Under the pieces are notes generated by a model. That model was not told the origin of the DNA. It saw only the letters and a program-made list of their open reading frames with translations, and did no database searches. Position numbers and translations under genes: made by a program. Source: Candidatus Pacebacteria bacterium RIFOXYA1_FULL_38_18 (GTDB lineage Bacteria > Patescibacteriota > Microgenomatia > UBA1400 > PJMF01). Taken from it: a stretch of 64,000 nt of DNA. Location of the stretch: positions 790 through 64,789 of the forward strand of contig MFWV01000003.1 of NCBI GenBank assembly GCA_001787405.1, given 5' to 3'. Shown piece after piece: positions 49,635 through 58,755 of this stretch (its first letter is position 1; each line of letters begins with the position of its first letter).

Positions 49635-50783
49635 ATGATTAATTTTTCAGCGGTTACCAAACGTTTTGGAAATGGCACAGTGGCTTTGGACCAAGTGTCT
49701 TTTCATATCAATTCTGGTGAGCTAGTAGTGATTACTGGTCCCTCTGGAAGTGGCAAAACCACCCTCATGCGTTTACTCATTCATGATTTTCCACCCACAG
49801 AAGGAGTTGTAGAGTACAAGGGAAAGTCTTTGGAAAGTATTGCTGCTCATGAAGTTCCTTATCATAGACGCAAGATTGGTGTAGTTTTTCAAGACTATCG
49901 TCTTTTGTCAGAACTGAATGTTTGGGAAAATATTGCCCTGCCCCTATCAATCATGGGCAAATCAGAAGCCGAGATTGAATCTAGAGTGACGGATTTATTA
50001 AATTTGGTGCGTTTGGTAGATCAAGCCTTGGTTTTCCCCAAGCAATTATCTGGAGGAGAAGCTCAACGGGTGAGTATTGCCAGAGCGCTGGCTACTGGTC
50101 CCAGTGTTATTTTTGCTGATGAACCAACCGGCAATTTGGATAAAAAATCCAGTTTGGGAATCGTCAAACTACTTCAGCAAATTAATGCTTTGGGTACTAC
50201 GGTTTTGATCGCCACACATGATGTCACCCTTTTGGATTATCTAGAAAATGAGCGTCATTTGGAACTGGATAGTGGTAAATTGATCAAAGATACCAGACCG
50301 AGCAAAGCCTCAACTACATCAGCAGAAATTTCTCCAGAATCTCCAAAATCAGAAAAACCAGAGGAATTGAAGGAAAAACCAGCAGAATTAACTAAAAAAT
50401 TAAAGGAATCGGTTGAGAAACCAGCAGATTCGGAAGAGAAATTAACTCAAAAAGACTCAGTTTCAAAAGAAAAGTCAGGTAAAAGTCAGAAAAAGAGCAA
50501 AGACAGCAAGAAATTAACTTCGACTGCCAAAAAATCAGCTCAAGCTGATTCGGCTGAATTTGTGACCAAAGTAGAAGCGGAAGAAAAATCGCTAGCAGAT
50601 GAGTTTAAAGAAGTTACCAATCAACCTAAGAGTAAAAAAGCTTCGTTGTTTAGTAATTTCAGCAAAAATCTCTCCTCGCTAAAAATGCCGATTTTTGGTA
50701 AAAATAAACAACCGGCAAAAAAGAGTAAAATAGAACCAGATAGACATGTAGCAGTTGAGGAAGACGAGGAACACCATGAGTAA
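49635..50783 (+). CDS. ftsE: Cell-division ABC ATPase FtsE with about 160-aa K/E/S-rich disordered C-terminal extension
   Basis: Walker A GPSGSGKTT, ABC signature LSGGEAQR, Walker B IFADEP; followed by a low-complexity tail. Confidence 0.88.
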   Translation: MINFSAVTKRFGNGTVALDQVSFHINSGELVVITGPSGSGKTTLMRLLIHDFPPTEGVVEYKGKSLESIAAHEVPYHRRKIGVVFQDYRLLSELNVWENIALPLSIMGKSEAEIESRVTDLLNLVRLVDQALVFPKQLSGGEAQRVSIARALATGPSVIFADEPTGNLDKKSSLGIVKLLQQINALGTTVLIATHDVTLLDYLENERHLELDSGKLIKDTRPSKASTTSAEISPESPKSEKPEELKEKPAELTKKLKESVEKPADSEEKLTQKDSVSKEKSGKSQKKSKDSKKLTSTAKKSAQADSAEFVTKVEAEEKSLADEFKEVTNQPKSKKASLFSNFSKNLSSLKMPIFGKNKQPAKKSKIEPDRHVAVEEDEEHHE

Positions 50784-51648
50784 AATGCAAGATGCCTTGG
50801 TAGCTATTCGCCGCACTCCTTATCAGAGCACGATAGCTATCTTGATGGTCACCATCACTTTTTTTGTAGCTTATATTTTTTCATTATTTGCAGCAGGCAC
50901 CAATGCTATTTTGCAGTTTTTTGAAACTAGACCACAAGTGATTGCTTTTTTCAACATTGATGCAGAGTCGGCTCAGATTGAAACTCTGGCAAACACGATG
51001 CGTGAGCGTCCCTATGTAGAGAAAGTCAATGTTATTTCCAAGCAACAGGCTCTGGAAATTTACCAGCGTGATCATCAAGAAGACCCCTTGCTTTTGGAGT
51101 TGGTAACGGCTGATATTTTACCGGCCAGTGTTGAGGTTTCTGGCAGAACGGCCGATTCTTTGGCTCAAATTCAAACAGACTTGAGTGGTGCCTCTGGAGT
51201 AGAGGATGTGGTTTATCAAGAAGACATTGTACAAAATATTCGTCAGTGGACAAATGTAGTGCGCATCAGTGGTTTTGTAGCCACTGGCACACTGGGAGTA
51301 GTCTCGTTTCTGTCAATCGTGACCCTGGTAGGGATGAAGGTTTCGGCCAAACGCCAAACCATCAGCGTCATGAATACTATTGGAGCTACCAATTGGTACA
51401 TCAGTAGCCCATTTGTACTAGAGGGAATGTTATACGGCTTGGTTGGCTCGCTAGTGGGCTGGATTGCTATGTATGTCTTATTACTTTATACCACTCCTTG
51501 GATTCAAGAATTTATGGGAGAAGTATTGACCATGCCCCTACCTTGGCAAATCTTCGTCTGGCAGTTGGGGATTGGTATCTTGGCTGCCGTAATCTTGGGG
51601 GCTGGGGCTAGTTTACTGGCTGCTCGCCGGATGTTGAAACGCACTTAA
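50776..51648 (+). CDS. ftsX: Cell-division permease FtsX
   Basis: Four TM helices with a large first extracytoplasmic loop. The ATG overlaps the ftsE stop in an ATGAGTAA arrangement. Confidence 0.85.
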   Translation: MSKMQDALVAIRRTPYQSTIAILMVTITFFVAYIFSLFAAGTNAILQFFETRPQVIAFFNIDAESAQIETLANTMRERPYVEKVNVISKQQALEIYQRDHQEDPLLLELVTADILPASVEVSGRTADSLAQIQTDLSGASGVEDVVYQEDIVQNIRQWTNVVRISGFVATGTLGVVSFLSIVTLVGMKVSAKRQTISVMNTIGATNWYISSPFVLEGMLYGLVGSLVGWIAMYVLLLYTTPWIQEFMGEVLTMPLPWQIFVWQLGIGILAAVILGAGASLLAARRMLKRT

Positions 51649-51665
51649 ATAGTTTAGTTTTCATT

Positions 51666-52910
51666 ATGAAATTAAGATTTTCTTTCAAACAATTCATCCT
51701 GAGTTGTTTATTAATTATTGGCAGTTTATTGCTAATCGTGAATCAAACTAGAGCTCAAGAGTGTGAAGAATTCAACTGCTCGGAAGACAACGAAGAGTGT
51801 TTGAAAAATAAGAAAATTTGTTTGGAAAATGCTATTGCCGGAACTAGACAACAAGCAACAACCCTGAAAAGTGCCATTAGTTTGCTCAATGGCCAAATCG
51901 CCCTGCAACAACTTCAAGTTAATCAAACTCAGGCCGAGATTTATCAATTGGAAATAGAGATCGAGGAATTGTCTCAGCGCATTGAGGGTTTGGGATATTC
52001 ACTAGATCGATTGGGAACAGTGTTGATTGAACGAGTGCGTACTCAATACAAACAGAGTCGCTCTGCTCCATCCTTGAGTTTATTGGGCGCTAATAGCTTG
52101 TCTGATCTAGTAACACAGGCAAGATATTTATTACTTGCCCAACGGCAGACTGCTGACACCATGGAGCGAACAGAAACACAGCGCTTAGCCTATGATGAGC
52201 AAAAAACCCTAAAAGAAGAAAAACAAGCAGAATTGGCTACTAAAAGACAACAACTAGAAGCAGAAAAAGCCATTATTACTCAAAAACGCACTGAACAAGA
52301 AAATTTATTAAATATCACCAACAACAGCGAACAACAATATCAAAGTCTTTTGAATGAAGCGAACAGACAACTAGCCGCTTTTAGTCGATTTGTTACTAGC
52401 CAGGGTGGAGCCTCTATTTTGAGTGGGCAAACTTATAATGATGATGGTTGGGGAAAATATTATTCTCAGCGAGATTCACTTTGGGGCAATAAAGGTATTG
52501 GTGCATCCGGCAGTTCAATGGCAGAGTATGGTTGCTTGGTAACCTCGATGGCGATGGTTACTTCTCATTATGGAAAAGACCTAACTCCTGGACAAATTGC
52601 TGATAGTACTTCTCCATTTGTTTTTCCCACGGCCTACATGATTCAAGGCACTTGGAATGTGAATGGAGTGAGCACCACTCGTACTAGGGTGGGCTATTCT
52701 GTTTCCACTTTGGATTCAGAACTATCAGCGGGCAGACCAGTGATCGTGGGTATTGGCAGTGGTCCTGATCACTTTATTGTAATTAAAGAGAAAAAAGATG
52801 GTAATTACATCATGCATGATCCATTTATCAAAGATGGTCATAACTTGAATTTTACAGATCATTATTCATTGGGCAGTATTTCTGCCGTGGATCGAGTGAC
52901 TGTGAATTAA
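51666..52910 (+). CDS. Secreted coiled-coil protein with C-terminal C39-like (papain-fold) cysteine-peptidase domain; putative FtsEX-regulated peptidoglycan hydrolase
   Basis: Signal/TM, then about 220 aa of heptad-rich coiled coil (EnvC/PcsB-like). The C-terminal domain has Cys in the YGCLVTSMAMV context and a downstream His (GPDHFIVI), as in Peptidase_C39_2/CHAP-like folds. Confidence 0.6.
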   Translation: MKLRFSFKQFILSCLLIIGSLLLIVNQTRAQECEEFNCSEDNEECLKNKKICLENAIAGTRQQATTLKSAISLLNGQIALQQLQVNQTQAEIYQLEIEIEELSQRIEGLGYSLDRLGTVLIERVRTQYKQSRSAPSLSLLGANSLSDLVTQARYLLLAQRQTADTMERTETQRLAYDEQKTLKEEKQAELATKRQQLEAEKAIITQKRTEQENLLNITNNSEQQYQSLLNEANRQLAAFSRFVTSQGGASILSGQTYNDDGWGKYYSQRDSLWGNKGIGASGSSMAEYGCLVTSMAMVTSHYGKDLTPGQIADSTSPFVFPTAYMIQGTWNVNGVSTTRTRVGYSVSTLDSELSAGRPVIVGIGSGPDHFIVIKEKKDGNYIMHDPFIKDGHNLNFTDHYSLGSISAVDRVTVN

Positions 52911-52999
52911 TTTTTTTATTCTCTTTCTTTCCGTGTCAAACTAATGTCAATATTGGCCGATAAACTTAGATAAGTTAATTATTTAAGTAGGATTTTTTT

Positions 53000-53338
53000 G
53001 TGAAAAATAGTGAACCACTAGTGCTTGACGTTGAGGATTATCGAGGGAAAAGGGTGGTTTTTACGGAAAAGAAAAGAAAGCAAAAGCTTTCCAAGCATCC
53101 ACACTTAATTGATGCAAAGTTCATTGGTTTTTTGGAGAGGGCAATCGTGGATCCAGATCAAGTTTGGCAAGATTTAGACGATCCTAAGAGAAAAAGGTGT
53201 TATTATTACAAATATTCTGCCTATAGATATGTTAAAGCCGTTGTCTGGATTGCAGATGATCCGTGTTTGGTAGTTACGGCATACGATCTTGACTATATAA
53301 AAGAGCTAAACTATCCTAAACTCAAGAGGCTACTATGA
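53000..53338 (+). CDS. Small protein, DUF4258-like (putative toxin); GTG start
   Basis: 112 aa ending in CLVVTAYDLDY, resembling the DUF4258 C-terminal consensus. It is stop-start overlapped (ATGA) with the next gene. Confidence 0.45.
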   Translation: MKNSEPLVLDVEDYRGKRVVFTEKKRKQKLSKHPHLIDAKFIGFLERAIVDPDQVWQDLDDPKRKRCYYYKYSAYRYVKAVVWIADDPCLVVTAYDLDYIKELNYPKLKRLL

Positions 53339-53766
53339 GCACAATTATTTCCTCTACTACCAGCAAAGATTTCAAAAATCAACTCGTTAGTTTGGCGTCA
53401 AATCTTGATTTGGTGTCAAAGAAAAACCGTTGGACAATTAGTTATGATAATGAAACTGATGCACTTTCCTTTTCAGAGGATCGTCTTCCGCTGGATACAA
53501 AAATTCACTATTTAGATCATGAATTGGCAGTTTACTTAACTTCTCAAAATGATATTAAAGGGTTATTTATTGAATATTTTACTAAAAATTTTTTAAGTCA
53601 TAACGAAGATTTAAAAAAATTGAGAGTCGAATTGTTAAAACAAAGAAAATCAGCCAAAGAAGATATTATCCAAGTTAAAAAAACAACAGCTCGGTTACTG
53701 GTTGAAGAACTTCAGGAGAATCTCCATGATTTTCTGGTAACAAATCTTCAGCTCACCCGGTTCTAA
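53335..53766 (+). CDS. Small protein, DUF2283-like (putative antitoxin partner)
   Basis: WTISYDNETDALSFSE resembles the DUF2283 'ITYDKEADALYI' signature. Confidence 0.45.
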   Translation: MSTIISSTTSKDFKNQLVSLASNLDLVSKKNRWTISYDNETDALSFSEDRLPLDTKIHYLDHELAVYLTSQNDIKGLFIEYFTKNFLSHNEDLKKLRVELLKQRKSAKEDIIQVKKTTARLLVEELQENLHDFLVTNLQLTRF

Positions 53767-53922
53767 TCTTCTCAATACACGTCCTATAAAATCTTGACAT
53801 AATATCTATTTTAGTCTATCATACTGTATCACTTTAGAAAAAGCCGACAAAGTTGGTTTCTTTCTCAGGTAAATCAAATAAAAATTTTCATTGGTACTTT
53901 GGTGACCAATAAAGGAAAAAAT

Positions 53923-54222
53923 ATGAAATTTATTAAATCACTTCTTGCTTTGAGCATAGTAGCTATCATGTTTAATAGTTCTGTGCTGACAGTGCTAGCT
54001 GATGGTACTGAAGCTGAAGCCGAGGCAAATGCTGAAGTTATCTGTGAAACAGGTGACTATGGTCAAGCTATCAATTGTAAAGCTAAAAGCGATGCTTCTG
54101 CCAAAGTAGTCACTCGTCATGAACCTATTAATACAGGTTTAGGTGCTCAGGGTGTAGCTATGGCAGTGGGCACAATTGCCACTGGTGCTGCTGCTGTTGT
54201 AGCCAAATTTCGCTTGCGCTAA
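53923..54222 (+). CDS. Small exported protein with C-terminal Gly/Ala-rich TM helix and basic tail (KFRLR)
   Basis: An aaagga RBS precedes the ATG at 53923. The N-terminus (MKFIKSLLALSIVAIMF) is a signal peptide; the C-terminal GLGAQGVAMAVGTIATGAAAVVAKFRLR looks like a sorting-signal anchor. Confidence 0.6.
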   Translation: MKFIKSLLALSIVAIMFNSSVLTVLADGTEAEAEANAEVICETGDYGQAINCKAKSDASAKVVTRHEPINTGLGAQGVAMAVGTIATGAAAVVAKFRLR

Positions 54223-54340
54223 GCAAAACTAAATAACTTTTCTTTCTAGATTTTTGAGGAAAATAAGGCTCTGGTCTTGGCTAAGACGAGAAGGTATGCT
54301 AATCTAATGATCTTAAGTTAAATAGAAAGAAAATTTATTC

Positions 54341-54649
54341 ATGGCAAAAACCACTTCTCCCAAATATCTAGATGATGCTTTTGCTGAAATTTGCGCTGAA
54401 ATGTTGGAAATTTTTATCAAAAAACATAAAGATTATGGTAAAGGTAATATTTTGGACAATGGAGAGCTTGGTATTGTTTTTCGCATTAATGACAAATTGC
54501 GCCGTTTACAAAACTTGCGTGAATCTGGTAAGACTCCCACCAATGAAGCCATTGAAGATACCTGGATTGACATCAGTGTCTATGCAGTGATCGCTCTACT
54601 TTTAAAATCTGGTAAATTTAAAAAACTCAATTTAAACCCCAAGGTCTAA
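54341..54649 (+). CDS. Small all-alpha protein, MazG-like/DUF1599-like (often phage-associated); low certainty
   Basis: KHKDYGKGNIL...GIVFRINDKLRRLQNL resembles DUF1599 / NTP-pyrophosphatase-like helices. Confidence 0.35.
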   Translation: MAKTTSPKYLDDAFAEICAEMLEIFIKKHKDYGKGNILDNGELGIVFRINDKLRRLQNLRESGKTPTNEAIEDTWIDISVYAVIALLLKSGKFKKLNLNPKV

Positions 54650-54650
54650 A

Positions 54651-55337
54651 TTATTTTTCAGTGGGCATTTGACAAAAACAGGTGTTGTAAAGTCTATTGA
54701 GATTGAAGATCCTTACTTGCTTGCCTTTGTAATCCAGGACGCCTTGTTTTTTTAGTTTGGCCATTTCAATACTGGCTGTTTCTCTGGTAATACCAGTCAT
54801 CGCAGCGATGCGTTTGTGAGTGAGGGGAAAATCAATGATGACTCCCTGATTTTTGGGAGCTGGTTTGCCGAAACGCTTGGCGTTGAAGTAAAGGGTGGCA
54901 GCGATTTTGCGACTGGCAGTGCCAAAGACTAAAGCCTCGGTTTTGGAAGCCATAGCATTGAGACCAGAAGCCAGACGGATTAATAGTTCTTGCATGACAG
55001 TGGGATTTTGTTTGAGAAAAAGCAAAACTTCTTTTGCTGGAGCTTTTTGAGCGACTACTTTGGTCAGAGTTTCATAAGAACAATCATTAATAATTCCTTG
55101 AAGAATGAGGGAAATGGGCAAATATGAACCTGGCCGATAAATATTGAGGATAAAATCCTCTCCATTTTCTGAGACTACTTGTTGACTGGCATAACCTTCT
55201 TTCAAATAATAGATGAAATTAATTTCATCATCTGGTCGATAAATTACTTCGCCTGATTTGAAAGTTTGACTAGGATATTTTTCAAAGAAATTCTTGAGCT
55301 GATTAGCACCCGGCTCTCTACTAAATAATTTTGCCAT
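54651..55337 (-). CDS. Crp/Fnr-family transcriptional regulator
   Basis: N-terminal cNMP-binding beta-roll with a C-terminal HTH (RIAAMTGITRETASIEMAKLKKQGVL). Confidence 0.85.
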   Translation of the reverse strand: MAKLFSREPGANQLKNFFEKYPSQTFKSGEVIYRPDDEINFIYYLKEGYASQQVVSENGEDFILNIYRPGSYLPISLILQGIINDCSYETLTKVVAQKAPAKEVLLFLKQNPTVMQELLIRLASGLNAMASKTEALVFGTASRKIAATLYFNAKRFGKPAPKNQGVIIDFPLTHKRIAAMTGITRETASIEMAKLKKQGVLDYKGKQVRIFNLNRLYNTCFCQMPTEK

Positions 55338-55378
55338 GAACGTAGTATACCAGGCTAAACTATTTTTTTGCTAAATTA

Positions 55379-56068
55379 CTAACAGCCCAAGGTAGCCAGA
55401 CATTGATCGCGAGAATCACCGGCTGGTATCTGGTCGCAGACAGAACAGTCCAGATTTGATTCGGTATTTTCTTCTGTCGTTTCACCAATCGTTTCTTCAT
55501 TGATCATTTCTTGTGGTAGTGTTTTCATCTGTTCCAGCTGAACGTCAAAATCAATAAACTCTATATCGCTGGGAGGGGTAAACATTTTGTTGTCTGGTTT
55601 CCACGGCTGGCAACTAAAGTCCATCGGTTCATCTTTGTCAAAACTAAGTTGCTCTGTTTGACTAGAAGTTTCTTCATCATCAGTTGCAAAAAGCTGATTG
55701 TCCTCTGGATTAATCTTCATTTTATAACCTTGTTTTGTTTCGGAAGACCAGAAATAACTATATTCACCATCTTGAATGATGTAGGACTGCATGGTGCTTT
55801 CGTCTTGTTTTATCTCAAATGAACCGTTAAATTTTTTACCACCATCAGCTACGTAAATCTTGCCATTGGTAACAGTGCCATTTTCTTCATCCGTGTCAGA
55901 AAAAGTACAAGTATAGTCTTCACCCATGGCCATCAATTCAGCAAAAGTAGTGGGAGTTTTACCACCCAACAAGTTTTGACCAGGTCCAGCTGAGCGATTG
56001 AGCCACCAAAAAGCGCCCAAGGCAATGACGACAATCAAACCAATGATCATGGGGAGTTTTTTCTTCAT
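55379..56068 (-). CDS. Hypothetical exported acidic protein with C-terminal Cys-rich end
   Basis: Signal/TM N-terminus (MKKKLPMIIGLIVVIALGAFWWL); no recognised domain. Confidence 0.55.
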   Translation of the reverse strand: MKKKLPMIIGLIVVIALGAFWWLNRSAGPGQNLLGGKTPTTFAELMAMGEDYTCTFSDTDEENGTVTNGKIYVADGGKKFNGSFEIKQDESTMQSYIIQDGEYSYFWSSETKQGYKMKINPEDNQLFATDDEETSSQTEQLSFDKDEPMDFSCQPWKPDNKMFTPPSDIEFIDFDVQLEQMKTLPQEMINEETIGETTEENTESNLDCSVCDQIPAGDSRDQCLATLGC

Positions 56069-56265
56069 ATACCAGTCATACTACTATGGAATAATTTGTC
56101 ATGCAAGTTTTTAGCTTGGGTTTGGTTGAGACTTAGTCTGACTGAATTGTTGGGATTGAGCCAGCCAGTTAACTAGTCAACCAATTAAAATGAGAATTTT
56201 GGTGTGGCCTACTATAAAACACCTCCGCATCTAGCACAATCAGGTGAGTTTTTCATCAATTTATT

Positions 56266-56351
56266 TGGCGGAAGGGGTGGGATTCGAACCCACGATGCCG
56301 TGAGGCGCCGGTTTTCAAGACCGGTGCAATAAACCACTATGCGACCCTTCC
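56266..56351 (-). tRNA. tRNA-Ser (anticodon TGA), CCA encoded
   Basis: Cloverleaf: acceptor GGAAGGG/CCCTTCC, anticodon loop CTTGAAA, long variable arm, canonical T-arm, 3' GCCA. Confidence 0.9.
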
Positions 56352-56449
56352 ATCTCTGGAGCAAATCTATTTGATTGGCTGTTTAATTGTATCATGTGTC
56401 ATCTGGTGCTACTGGAAAACCTGCAGAAAGCTAGTGTATAGTAAAGGTA

Positions 56450-57205
56450 ATGTCTGAACCTGCCTCAACTGCCGTTCGTAGTGCTCTTCGTGGTCAAACA
56501 ATGACTGAGGGTGTTGCAGAGCATCCACTAGATAGAATTAGAGTTGCCCAACAAGAAGCCAAGCAATCTAGTCAAAAGAATCAATCTTCTAGTCAGCCCG
56601 ATAGTCAAACCGTTGGCCAATCAGCCGATCAGCAAGCATCAGAAAAAGCTGCCCAACGTGTTGCTGCCAATCTTCCCGAAGATCTTCAACTAGAACGATC
56701 CAAAGTAGCCCCTGGTTTATACAAACCAGTGCCGGAAATAATGGTTTTTCAATGGTCGGCTCCCAGCAGACCTTTTAAAAAACACCAGCGTCAATTTTTT
56801 GTGACGGTGACGGTGATCGCTTTGTTGGTTTCATTGATTTTATTTTTCTCTGGTCAATTTTTACCGATCGCCGTGGTGATCTCGGTTTTATTTTTAATGT
56901 ATGTACTGCAAGTCGTTCCACCTCAAGACATTCAACACCAACTGACTACTTTTGGTATTAAACTGGAAGATAATTTGTATTATTGGCAGGAAATGGGGCG
57001 GTTTTGGTTTGATAAAAAGTTTGACCAATTATTGCTCAATATCGAAACATTACGTTTTCCAGGCAGAATTACTATGGTGTTACCCAAAGAGCATCAAGAA
57101 GAAGTGCGAGAAATATTAGCCGAAGTATTGTTAGAGCAAAAACCAGAATTGACTACTTTTGAGAAAATTTCTCAGTGGTTTCAGGAAAAAATTCCTTTGG
57201 AATAA
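56450..57205 (+). CDS. Hypothetical membrane protein (disordered Q/S-rich N-terminus, 2 TM, cytoplasmic C-terminal domain)
   Basis: ORF with TM helices near aa 115-160; no recognised domain. Confidence 0.55.
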   Translation: MSEPASTAVRSALRGQTMTEGVAEHPLDRIRVAQQEAKQSSQKNQSSSQPDSQTVGQSADQQASEKAAQRVAANLPEDLQLERSKVAPGLYKPVPEIMVFQWSAPSRPFKKHQRQFFVTVTVIALLVSLILFFSGQFLPIAVVISVLFLMYVLQVVPPQDIQHQLTTFGIKLEDNLYYWQEMGRFWFDKKFDQLLLNIETLRFPGRITMVLPKEHQEEVREILAEVLLEQKPELTTFEKISQWFQEKIPLE

Positions 57206-57360
57206 ATTTTCGGATGGAATAAATCTTCAAATTTGAGTTTTAAGAAAGTTTAATACTTCGTCAGCGTGGTTGTTTGGTTTGACTTTTTTCCAAACTTTGA
57301 TGATTTTTCCTTTTGGATCAATGATAAAAAACGAGTTCTCTAAAATCAACAAGACTCCTT

Positions 57361-58452
57361 TTAAATAGAAGAAGTAATTTTGTCAATTAACTCAAGTTCT
57401 AAATCTAATTGTGTTGGTAAAAAAGGTGTTAACTCCTCAGCATTCTTTATACTGTTTTCAACAGCTTTTTTTATTAAATCTACATCTTCATCACCAGTAC
57501 TCAAAGGAGAAATATGCGCTACTTGCCCTTCTGATTGCCATGTGTAATTTCCAATTCTCAATTTTCCTTCGTTGACATTGAAAGAACCAATTGCCCGCAG
57601 CTTACTAGCTACTAAATCTTTCACATAATTCTCAAGCTCAAACGATTTTATTTCTCCCTTTTGAAGACGCTCATTTTCGTAATTTTGGGCATCTTTTAAT
57701 ATGTTTTTTTCAGGAAATAGTATTTCTTTAGAAGACCAAGCGAGTGCTTGTTCACTAAAGTCTGGATATCTTTCGTCCATAGATTCAATTGTTACCCCTC
57801 CATAAGATTGTCCATATTTTTCATATAATTCAGTGGCGCTTTCCGCTGCTACAGTCTTATTAAACCTTAGTGAATAAAAACCATCAGGAGTTAAAAACAC
57901 ATAAATATGTTTTGAAGTCTGTTGCTCCTCCTCCTTCTCATCATCTTGTGATAAAGTTTTTTCACCCAATTTACGAATCGGGGTTAAGAGTAATACTCCA
58001 GATGATTCAGCTAAACCAAACGATAAGCAAAAAATGCCTGTTGTTTTTTTCTTTTCAATCATTTTTTTCATCAATTCAACCATTCGAATTTTCTTTAGTA
58101 ATTGCTTAGACTCAGTTGTTTCTGCATCTTTGCTTAGTGAATCTATTTCTTTCTGAAGTCTGTCTATAAACCTATCAATGGATTCCAGCCACTGTTTTTC
58201 ATTATCTTCTCCATTTTGAAGCATCTCATTAGAAATTCCCTCTTTCAGAAATCCAGGGCTAATTAAGCTTTCTGGCGAAATAAGAGACAGATTCCTGGTT
58301 GGGCCTTGAGTTTCTATCATCCCTTTTCTGATGGCGTTGCCAATATCCATCTTTGGGTCGGTTTTTCCAGTACTTATATCTATTTCTTCTTGACTACCAA
58401 TTTTGCCTTGTCCTTTTAAATTGCTTGGGAAATCTTTAGGTAATTCACTCAT
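57361..58452 (-). CDS. Hypothetical acidic soluble protein (363 aa)
   Basis: Long ORF, lower GC than neighbours, no recognised motif. Confidence 0.55.
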   Translation of the reverse strand: MSELPKDFPSNLKGQGKIGSQEEIDISTGKTDPKMDIGNAIRKGMIETQGPTRNLSLISPESLISPGFLKEGISNEMLQNGEDNEKQWLESIDRFIDRLQKEIDSLSKDAETTESKQLLKKIRMVELMKKMIEKKKTTGIFCLSFGLAESSGVLLLTPIRKLGEKTLSQDDEKEEEQQTSKHIYVFLTPDGFYSLRFNKTVAAESATELYEKYGQSYGGVTIESMDERYPDFSEQALAWSSKEILFPEKNILKDAQNYENERLQKGEIKSFELENYVKDLVASKLRAIGSFNVNEGKLRIGNYTWQSEGQVAHISPLSTGDEDVDLIKKAVENSIKNAEELTPFLPTQLDLELELIDKITSSI

Positions 58453-58495
58453 ATATCTTTCATAATCTTAATATTAACTAATTGTAGCATTTATG

Positions 58496-58569
58496 TCGGG
58501 GAGACAGGACTCGAACCTGCGACCTCACGCACCCCATGCGCGCGCGCTAGCCATCTGCGCCACTCCCCG
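58496..58569 (-). tRNA. tRNA-Pro (anticodon GGG)
   Basis: Cloverleaf: CGGGGAG acceptor, D-arm GCGC/GCGC, anticodon stem CGCGC/GCGTG with loop ATGGGGT, T-arm GCAGGTTCGAGTCCTGT. Confidence 0.85.
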
Positions 58570-58755
58570 TTTTTAATAATTCGATTGTACCAGATAACAT
58601 TAATGTTTAAACTAAGTGACGGTTTGTTACGCTTCATGTCAGAATGCAAATGTATGCTTGAGAAAAACAATTGATCTAGTCGGATAATTTCACGGCTTGC
58701 GGCACTCTTTTGTTTAGGGTAATGTATGGGTATAAACATACCGGAAAGGAACAAG

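Noticed and set aside
35940-56351. About 20-kb genomic island bounded by the tRNA-Ser(TGA) 3'-half remnant (35940) and the intact tRNA-Ser(TGA) (56266)
   Set aside because: The interval contains core genes (prfB, ftsEX, the Mur ligase, upp is just outside) and shows no compositional shift overall. The repeats are better explained by the local 1.8-kb islet plus tRNA-Ser paralogy.
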